DNA of 13,441 bases from Candidatus Iainarchaeum sp. (GTDB taxonomy: Archaea > Iainarchaeota > Iainarchaeia > Iainarchaeales > JAFCCW01). The notes beneath the pieces are model-generated. The model saw nothing but the letters and a program-made list of their open reading frames with translations, ran no database searches and was not told the DNA's origin. Within the stretch, counting starts at the first letter, position 1. Every line of letters starts with the position of its first letter. The DNA is taken from contig JAFCCW010000020.1 in assembly GCA_017609985.1 (NCBI GenBank), positions 1-13,441 on the forward strand. The letters run 5' to 3'. Below, one piece after another: positions 7,731-13,441 of this stretch. The position numbers and the translations under genes are program-made.

Positions 7731-8467
7731 AACATCCTGCACAGGATGGTTTCACAAACATGGCAATCGATGAAGCGATTGCTCAAACTGTTTCAAAAAC
7801 AGGCAAGCCAACAATTAGATTTTATTCCTGGAAGCCAGCGGCTGTGTCAATTGGTTATTTTCAAGGAATGAAACAAGAAGTAAATCTTGAAGAATGCAGA
7901 AATCAGAAAATAGATGCTGTGAGAAGACTGACCGGCGGGGGAGCAGTCTTTCACGAAGAAGAGCTTACATACAGTTTCTCCTGTCCCATTGAAAGCAGAA
8001 TTGTTTCAGATAACATACTTGAAAGCTATAAAAAAATCTGCGGAGCACTAGTGAATGGATTTTCAGAGATGGGTTTGAAAGCAGAGTTTGCTCCGCTGAA
8101 CGATGTTGTTGCTGAAGGCAAGAAAATTTCAGGAAATGCACAGACAAGACGATTCGAAGCAGTGCTACAGCACGGAACTATACTGCTCAAGGTTGATGTG
8201 GAAAAAATGTTTTCAATTCTCAGAGTTCCAGATGAAAAAATAAAGGACAAGCTTGTGAAAAGCGTCAAGCAAAGAGTTACTTCTCTTGAACAATTGCTGG
8301 AAAGAAATGTTTCCTTTGAAGAAACAGCAAAGGCAATGAAGCAAGGTTTTGAACAAGAGTTTGAAGCAAAGCTAGTTGAAGGAAGTTTGTCAGAAGAAGA
8401 GAAACAGCTGGCAGGAAAAGTGAAAGAAGAAAGATTTTCAAAAGAAGAATGGAACTTTAAGAGATGA
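7712..8467 (+). CDS. lplA: Lipoate/octanoate-protein ligase catalytic subunit (LplA/Lpl-N)
   Basis: NMAIDEA, VSIGYFQ, RRLTGGGAVFH, NDV, KKISGNAQ, LQHGTIL, EWNFKR. TTG start with SD GGTGA at 7701-7705. Confidence 0.92.
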   Translation: MEFRFLKHPAQDGFTNMAIDEAIAQTVSKTGKPTIRFYSWKPAAVSIGYFQGMKQEVNLEECRNQKIDAVRRLTGGGAVFHEEELTYSFSCPIESRIVSDNILESYKKICGALVNGFSEMGLKAEFAPLNDVVAEGKKISGNAQTRRFEAVLQHGTILLKVDVEKMFSILRVPDEKIKDKLVKSVKQRVTSLEQLLERNVSFEETAKAMKQGFEQEFEAKLVEGSLSEEEKQLAGKVKEERFSKEEWNFKR

Positions 8468-8470
8468 AAG

Positions 8471-8821
8471 TTAAAGAAGTTCCTTAGGTCTTGTTTCTTC
8501 TTTGAGTTCTCTAAAAATGTCTTCTCTTACAGAAGCAGGAAGCTTAATTTTATTCAGGTGCGTTAAAGCTTCTTCAGCACGCCTTTCTTCCAGCAAGCCT
8601 TTTATAGATCTCCTAGCAGAAGCCTTGCGTTCCGCTAATTGTTCGAAAGTCATCTTGTTTTCTCTAAGCCATCTGTCTAATTCAAGTGCCTTTTCTTGCA
8701 TATCTCTAAGCTCAACTCTTCTTTTGTAAGCTGGAATTCTGCACAAAAGCTTGTGAACACGCTTCTTAGCCTTAACTTTTGCAAGTCTTAGTCTCTGTGC
8801 AATTGATAAATTCAACTTCAT
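8471..8821 (-). CDS. Hypothetical basic, helical protein
   Basis: 116-aa ORF filling the gap between lplA and the upstream minus-strand gene. It has a K/R-rich N-terminus and no recognisable motif. Confidence 0.6.
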   Translation of the reverse strand: MKLNLSIAQRLRLAKVKAKKRVHKLLCRIPAYKRRVELRDMQEKALELDRWLRENKMTFEQLAERKASARRSIKGLLEERRAEEALTHLNKIKLPASVREDIFRELKEETRPKELL

Positions 8822-8829
8822 TGAAAAAC

Positions 8830-9165
8830 CTAGCTGATATGCTGTTTTGGAAATGGAACATTAATATTTGAAGAAGAAGATGCTTGCTCTCTGAAATCAT
8901 CATAGTTTTTGAGAGCCTGCTCTCCCTTCTTTCCTTCAAGAATTTTTATTATTTTCATTCTTGGAGCTGCTGAGCCACTTGCTGGCCTGTAATCAACCAA
9001 GACCACATCTTTCTTCTTCAGCCTGTCACACAGTTTTGAGTGAACTGAAAGAGTGATTGTTTTTTCATCCCACATTTTGCAGGTTGCCTGTACTCCGTTG
9101 TCTCCAGAAAAAACATTCTTTTCATCAGGTCTGAAAATTTCAAGAACTATTCCCACATGAAACAT
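8830..9165 (-). CDS. Hypothetical protein, possible OB-fold-like beta-barrel
   Basis: ATG 9165 lies 1 nt after the folD stop, with SD GGAGGGA at 9176-9170. Globular-looking sequence (MFHVGIVLEIF, MWDE, KKDVVLVDYRP, KIIKIL). Confidence 0.75.
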   Translation of the reverse strand: MFHVGIVLEIFRPDEKNVFSGDNGVQATCKMWDEKTITLSVHSKLCDRLKKKDVVLVDYRPASGSAAPRMKIIKILEGKKGEQALKNYDDFREQASSSSNINVPFPKQHIS

Positions 9166-9166
9166 T

Positions 9167-10015
9167 TTATCCCTCCATTTGAAGCTTTGCAGCATTCAAA
9201 GTATTTTTCATTAAGCAAGCAACTGTCATTGGACCCACTCCGCCAGGAACAGGAGTGTATTTTGAGGATTTTTTCTGGGCTTCGGGAGAAATATCCCCAA
9301 AAACCTTTTTTCCCTCTCGGATTATTCCAACATCGATTAGAACACTGCCTTCCTTGATCATTGATTCTTTAACTAAGTGCTTTACTCCAGTTGCGCTGAC
9401 AACAACATCAGCTTTTTTTGAAAAATCTTCAAGGTTTTTTGTAAACTTATGGCACACTGAAACAGTTGCGTCCCTGTTCAAGAGCATTAGTGCAAGAGGT
9501 TTGCCAACAACAACAGTGTGACCTATTATGCAGACATTTTTTCCCCTCCAGCTTACGCCAGCGTGCTCTGCCAGCTCCACGATTCCTTTTGGAGTGCAAG
9601 CTGCCAAAAGTTCGTTTCCTTCAAAAAGTTTTCCAAGAGTTTCAGGAGAAAAACCATCAACATCTTTTTCAGGAGAGATTGAAGAAATAACTTCCTGTTC
9701 ATTGATTTGTTTTGGAAGAGGAAGCTGAACAAGAATTCCATGAATTCTCTTGTTTGCATTAAGCTCTCTGACCTTTGCAATAATCTCTTCTTGTGACGCT
9801 CTCGAGCTGAAATAATGCTGTTCAGAATAAATTCCTGTTTCCTCACACGCCTGTTGTTTTTTTGAAACATAGATTTCGGAAGCAGGGTCTTTTCCCACAA
9901 GGATTACTGCAAGACCAGGGGGAAGACTGTGCTTTTTTTCAAAAGCCTCCGTAGCCTTCTTTGTTTTAACCAGTATCTTTTTGGCAAGACTGTTTCCATT
10001 AATTTTTTCAGCCAT
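9167..10015 (-). CDS. folD: Bifunctional methylene-THF dehydrogenase / methenyl-THF cyclohydrolase
   Basis: LAVILVG.DPAS..YVSKK, GILVQLPLP, KDVDG, CTPKG, VGKP, DVGI, TPVPGGVGPMTVACL..N. Start is ATG 10015, just downstream of the glyA stop. Confidence 0.97.
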   Translation of the reverse strand: MAEKINGNSLAKKILVKTKKATEAFEKKHSLPPGLAVILVGKDPASEIYVSKKQQACEETGIYSEQHYFSSRASQEEIIAKVRELNANKRIHGILVQLPLPKQINEQEVISSISPEKDVDGFSPETLGKLFEGNELLAACTPKGIVELAEHAGVSWRGKNVCIIGHTVVVGKPLALMLLNRDATVSVCHKFTKNLEDFSKKADVVVSATGVKHLVKESMIKEGSVLIDVGIIREGKKVFGDISPEAQKKSSKYTPVPGGVGPMTVACLMKNTLNAAKLQMEG

Positions 10016-10020
10016 AAGCT

Positions 10021-11274
10021 TCACTTGTAGAACGGGAACTGTTTGCAAAATTCTCTGACGTCTCCACGGACTTTTTCCAGAGCAGAGTCATTTTCCGGGT
10101 CACTAAGCACTTGCGAAATAAACTTTCCAACTTCGTCCATGTGAGTTTCCTTCATCCCCCTTGTTGCAAGAACTGGCGTGCCAATTCTTATTCCTGAAGG
10201 TTCCCAAGGCGTGCCTGGGTCGTAAGGGATTGTGTTCTTGTTGCAGTAAATTTCTGCCTTTGCAAGAGCTATTGCTGCTGTCTTTCCATTAATTCCCTTG
10301 TTTCTGACATCAACAAGCATTAAGTGATTGTCTGTTCCTCCTGAAACAAGCCTTAGTCCCTCGGAAGTGAGAGTGTCAGCAAGAGCTTTTGAGTTCTTTA
10401 CAATCTGGCTTGCGTATTCTTTGAAACTTGGTTCAAGAGCCTCCTTAAAAGCAACAGCCTTTGCAGCAGTAATGTGGTCATGAGGACCGCCCTGCAGGCC
10501 AGGAAAAACTGCTTTGTCAATTGCTTTTGCATGCTCTTCCTTGCACATTATCATTGCGCTCCTTGGACCCCGCAGTGTCTTGTGAGTTGTGGTTGTAACA
10601 ACATCAAAATAGGGCACTGGATTTTCATGAGCCCCCCCAGCACAAAGACCGGCAATGTGAGCAATGTCTGCACAACAGTAAATTCCAAGATCGTCACAAA
10701 TTTCTCTGAAAGCCTTGAAATCTATTTCTCGCGGATAAGCAGTGAAACCGGAGAGAAGAAGCTTTGGTTTTTCTTCCTGAGCCATCTTCTTGATTGCATC
10801 ATAGTCAAGCATCTCTGTTTCCTTATCAACACCGTAGGCAATCGGTTTGTAAAGCTGTCCTGAAAAGTTTACCGGAGAACCATGTGTCAGGTGACCGCCC
10901 ATGCTCAAGTCCATTCCCATGAATTTGTCTCCTACTTCAAGCAAGGCAAAATACATTGCCATGTTTGCGGGAGAGCCGGACAGAGACTGAACATTAACAT
11001 GTTCTGCCCCAAAAAGTTCTTTTGCTCTGCTGATTGCAAGGTCTTCAATTGTGTCAATTATCTCGTTTCCAGCATAATATCTTTTGTGAGAGTAACCTTC
11101 AGAGTATTTGTTTGTGGGAATGCTCCCCATTGCTTCGAGAACAGCCTGTGAAACAAGGTTCTCGGAAGGAATCAGTTCAATTCCGTTCATCTGCCGTTCC
11201 TTCTCTGCCTGAATCGCGTTGTAAATTTCTTCATCGTATTCTTTTAAAGCATTCAAATGCATTTCATACTCCAC
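10021..11274 (-). CDS. glyA: Serine hydroxymethyltransferase (bacterial-type)
   Basis: LIPSEN, NKYSEGY, RYYAG, NVQSLSGSPAN, GGHLTHG, DIAHIAGL, PLP-lysine motif TTTTHKTLRGPR, FPGLQGGP, GGTDNHL, SGIRIGT. Start is GTG 11274 (SD GGGGTG at 11287-11282) or ATG 11262. Confidence 0.98.
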   Translation of the reverse strand: MEYEMHLNALKEYDEEIYNAIQAEKERQMNGIELIPSENLVSQAVLEAMGSIPTNKYSEGYSHKRYYAGNEIIDTIEDLAISRAKELFGAEHVNVQSLSGSPANMAMYFALLEVGDKFMGMDLSMGGHLTHGSPVNFSGQLYKPIAYGVDKETEMLDYDAIKKMAQEEKPKLLLSGFTAYPREIDFKAFREICDDLGIYCCADIAHIAGLCAGGAHENPVPYFDVVTTTTHKTLRGPRSAMIMCKEEHAKAIDKAVFPGLQGGPHDHITAAKAVAFKEALEPSFKEYASQIVKNSKALADTLTSEGLRLVSGGTDNHLMLVDVRNKGINGKTAAIALAKAEIYCNKNTIPYDPGTPWEPSGIRIGTPVLATRGMKETHMDEVGKFISQVLSDPENDSALEKVRGDVREFCKQFPFYK

Positions 11275-11322
11275 AACAAAACACCCCCATATGGATTGAA
11301 ACAATAGGAATAAGCGTTAACT

Positions 11323-11338
11323 TCTTTAAATTGTTTCG
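11323..11338 (-). promoter_or_regulatory. BRE/TATA promoter (CGAAACAA-TTTAAAGA) for glyA-folD
   Basis: The minus strand reads accgaaacaaTTTAAAGA, leaving room for a short leader that contains the SD. Confidence 0.55.
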
Positions 11339-11350
11339 GTAATCAAAACA

Positions 11351-11410
11351 GTTTGAATCAGTTTCAATCATTTCAAATTATTCCGAATTATTCTAAATCA
11401 TTTCAAAGCA
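11351..11410. repeat. Imperfect tandem 10-bp repeat, 6 units, consensus TTTCAAATCA
   Basis: gtttgaatca/gtttcaatca/tttcaaatta/ttccgaatta/ttctaaatca/tttcaaagca in exact 10-nt register in the folC-glyA spacer. The last unit overlaps the folC stop. Confidence 0.8.
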
Positions 11411-12650
11411 TTTCGCCTATGAAGTAAATAGAGCCTGTTGCAACAACTATTCCGCGCTCTCCAGCCTGCTTTTTTGCTTCTTCAAAAGCTTTTTCCGGAG
11501 TTGAAAACAGCTCTGTGCCAACACCGTGTTTTTTGAATTCCTCTGAAATTTTTTTCGAATCAACGCTCTTGAACTTTGCCTTGCTGACAAAAGCTTTTTC
11601 TGCAAGTGGAGCAAGAAGCTTTATTGTTGGCTCAATCTTCCAGTCATAGGACAAGCCAAAAACCAGAAAAACTTTTTTTCCCGGAAAAAGCTGTGAAAGC
11701 ATTTTGACAAGCGCGTTGATGCCGTGCGGATTGTGAGCAGAATCAACAATTGTCAAAGGCTTTCGCTCAACAATCTCGGTTCTGGCACTCCACTTAACAT
11801 TAAGCAAGCCTTTGCGAATGTCCTTTTCAAGAACCCCAAGCAAGCGCGCAGCAGCAAGAGCAGTGCAGGCATTTTCCACCTGGTGCCAGCCGATTAAAGG
11901 AATTTTCAGGTTCTCAAATTTTTCTTCCCCGATGAAAGCCTCAAACTCCATTCGATTGGAAGAGTCAAAATTAATAAAATCCTGGCTAACATAATCTGCA
12001 GAAGGAAAGAGCTCAGCTCCCTTGATTTTTGCAACCTGGGTAATAACCTTCAAAGCTTCTTCTTTCTGGGGGGAAATCACAACTTTGCAGCCAGTTTTGA
12101 TAATTCCAGCTTTCTCAAACGCGATTTTCTCAATCCTGTTTCCAAGAGCATGCATGTGGTCAAAGTCAATTGGAGTGATTATTGCAATTTCCGGCTTGAC
12201 AATGTTTGTAGCATCAAGCCTTCCCCCCAGTCCAACTTCCACAACAGCATACTCAACACCCTGCTCTTTGAAGTACTGAAATGCGAGAAGGGAAACAAAC
12301 TCGAAATAAGTCAAATTGATGGAATGCTGTTCGTCAACCTGCTTTATTCTTTCAGCAATGCGAGCAAGCTCTTCATAGGGCGCAGGCTTCCAGTCAACGC
12401 GAATGCGCTCGTTGAATTCCTTAAGATGAGGTGAAGTGAGCAAGCCAGTTTTCTTTCCTGAAACAATAAGCATTGACTCAAGCATTGCCGCAGTGCTTCC
12501 TTTTCCATTCGTACCGGCAACATGAACTGTTTTGTAAGCAAACTGGGGATTTCCAAGAAACAGAGCAGCTTTTTCCACTCGCTCAAGACCAAGACTGCTT
12601 CCCCGAGAATGAAGACTTTCAAGAAACTTAAGAAATTCTTCCTTGTTCAT
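11403..12650 (-). CDS. folC: Folylpolyglutamate synthase / dihydrofolate synthase
   Basis: HVAGTNGKGST, TSPHL..FNERI, EVGLGGRLDATN, DHMHALG, EKAGIIK, DSAHN, TGSIYFIGE. ATG 12650 (MNKEEFLKFL) is preferred over ATG 12695. Confidence 0.96.
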   Translation of the reverse strand: MNKEEFLKFLESLHSRGSSLGLERVEKAALFLGNPQFAYKTVHVAGTNGKGSTAAMLESMLIVSGKKTGLLTSPHLKEFNERIRVDWKPAPYEELARIAERIKQVDEQHSINLTYFEFVSLLAFQYFKEQGVEYAVVEVGLGGRLDATNIVKPEIAIITPIDFDHMHALGNRIEKIAFEKAGIIKTGCKVVISPQKEEALKVITQVAKIKGAELFPSADYVSQDFINFDSSNRMEFEAFIGEEKFENLKIPLIGWHQVENACTALAAARLLGVLEKDIRKGLLNVKWSARTEIVERKPLTIVDSAHNPHGINALVKMLSQLFPGKKVFLVFGLSYDWKIEPTIKLLAPLAEKAFVSKAKFKSVDSKKISEEFKKHGVGTELFSTPEKAFEEAKKQAGERGIVVATGSIYFIGEML

Positions 12651-12665
12651 ATTAATTAGTGAAGC

Positions 12666-12680
12666 AAAAAGGTTTTTATT
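12666..12680. promoter_or_regulatory. AT-rich BRE/TATA-like element in the divergent folC / ORFan spacer
   Basis: aaaaaggTTTTTATT: the box at 12673-12680 is 25 nt from ATG 12705 (+) and 23 nt from ATG 12650 (-). Confidence 0.45.
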
Positions 12681-12704
12681 GTGTAAAGAACGCATTAGAA
12701 TTGC

Positions 12705-13283
12705 ATGGTTTTGAGATTTCTACGGAGAATCAGGGACAGGAACTCGAAAAAACCAAGAAAATCAGTAAAACAAAGAGAACCAGTTAGGCCTGAAGAACCA
12801 AGCAAAACAGTAAAACCGGAAGAACCAAGACAGCCAGTTGAACCTAAAGAACCAAGAAAGCCAACAAATCCAGGGTACTGGCAACATGGAGAAAAACCAA
12901 CTCCTGGCCACCCTGTGAAATCAATAAGACGCAATAGGTTAATCCCTGAATTCACGCCTGAAGACATGAGCAGAATTAGTGAGTCCGACAAAAACATTGT
13001 TCGGACAAAAAAATACGGGCTTGACTTTCTTCAGAGAGAAATCACAAGAAGAAGAAATGCCGGCTTTTTGCCTTACAGGGAATACACCAGCGCAGGAGAG
13101 TTTTCAATAAGGGATTTTCCAAAAGCAGGGGAAGGCAGGCTTATAATAAGGACTGGCTCCAAACACGCTGTCCAGCACGAAGAAAAAGGAACAAGGAATT
13201 TCAGAATGCGGGCAGTCACTTACAAAAACCAGCCAGCAAGACCGGAGTTCTACGACCTGATTTTTTTGGGCTCGGGGGGTTAA
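12705..13283 (+). CDS. Hypothetical basic protein with Pro/Glu/Lys-rich repeats
   Basis: 192-aa ORF with an Arg-rich N-terminus, 9-aa repeats and a C-terminal globular-looking region. It fills the folC-purE gap. Confidence 0.7.
   Translation: MVLRFLRRIRDRNSKKPRKSVKQREPVRPEEPSKTVKPEEPRQPVEPKEPRKPTNPGYWQHGEKPTPGHPVKSIRRNRLIPEFTPEDMSRISESDKNIVRTKKYGLDFLQREITRRRNAGFLPYREYTSAGEFSIRDFPKAGEGRLIIRTGSKHAVQHEEKGTRNFRMRAVTYKNQPARPEFYDLIFLGSGG
12774..12872 (+). repeat. In-frame 27-bp tandem repeat (about 3.7 units)
   Basis: REPVRPEEP / SKTVKPEEP / RQPVEPKEP / RKPTNP. The three full DNA units each end in aagaacca. Confidence 0.8.
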
Positions 13284-13322
13284 ACAGGTGGAGCTTGTTT
13301 TGAAACAGCAAACTTGCTATTG

Positions 13323-13339
13323 GAAAAGCTTTTTATTAT
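13323..13339 (+). promoter_or_regulatory. BRE/TATA-like promoter (GAAAAGC-TTTTTATTAT) for purE
   Basis: About 29 nt upstream of ATG 13368. It has the same AAAAG(G/C)TTTTTATT form as the element at 12667-12680. Confidence 0.5.
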
Positions 13340-13367
13340 CTTCAAACCATTAAATTAATTGGTTTTC

Positions 13368-13441
13368 ATGGCTGACGTGCTTGTTGTTTTTGGCTCTGAC
13401 TCGGATGCAGTGGTTTACAGAAAACTTGCAAAAGAGCTTGA
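13368..13441 (+). CDS. purE: PurE-family (N5-CAIR mutase / AIR carboxylase) protein, 3'-truncated by the window edge
   Basis: Not in the ORF track. ATG 13368 reads MADVLVVFGSDSDAVVYRKLAKEL, with the PurE N-terminal hydrophobic strand + GSDSD motif. Purine synthesis fits the formyl-THF context. Only 24 codons are visible. Confidence 0.7.
   Translation, partial: MADVLVVFGSDSDAVVYRKLAKEL

Noticed and set aside
11275-11402. Glycine, THF or ZMP/ZTP riboswitch upstream of glyA (or of gcvT at 955-997)
   Set aside because: The spacers are AT-rich and short, and I see none of the conserved GC-rich stems or motifs of these riboswitches. An Infernal/Rfam scan would be decisive.
11294-11410. CRISPR array suggested by GTTTCAATC / ATTGAAAC, which resemble CRISPR repeat ends
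   Set aside because: Units are 10 nt, contiguous and degenerate, with no 25-40-nt repeats, no spacers and no cas genes in the window.
9166-12695. Longer N-termini given by the ORF track for the 8830 ORF (9195), folD (10048), glyA (11304) and folC (12695)
   Set aside because: The extensions overlap neighbouring genes or promoter elements and lack family similarity. Downstream starts have better SD/TATA spacing.
270-12997. Numerous short alternative-frame and antisense ORFs in the track (e.g. 651-962, 3956-4288, 4934-5293, 5581-6006, 9553-9900, 10474-10863, 12695-12997)
   Set aside because: All lie within well-supported genes and have the Ser/Phe/Leu-rich or motif-less composition expected of shadow frames.
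1-13441. tRNA, rRNA, IS elements, integrases or selenocysteine/stop-codon recoding
   Set aside because: Coding density leaves no room, no such motifs were seen, and all recognised enzymes end at expected positions under the standard code.

Overview
A dense folate/one-carbon gene cluster, most likely from an archaeon of the DPANN type. That assignment is an inference from BRE/TATA-like promoters about 25 nt upstream of start codons, GGTG(A) Shine-Dalgarno motifs, a bipartite lipoate ligase and basic ORFans mixed among bacterial-type enzymes. Gene order: fhs (5'-truncated) > gcvT > kinase-like ORFan > gcvH > gcvPA > gcvPB > lipA on +; a two-gene membrane/surface pair on -; lplB > lplA on +; folC > glyA > folD > two hypotheticals on -; then a Pro/Glu/Lys-repeat ORFan and the first 24 codons of purE on +. 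Together these encode an almost self-contained serine/glycine <-> formate module (reductive glycine pathway, or its ATP-yielding reverse) with lipoate and folate-polyglutamate supply. No L-protein (lpdA) is in the window. Main oddities: FolD lacks the usual NADP-specificity residues, a minimal pseudokinase-like gene sits inside the gcv operon, a helically phased 10-bp repeat array lies upstream of glyA, gcvT and glyA share a promoter motif, and several enzymes are shortened. No RNA genes, CRISPR arrays or mobile elements were recognised.
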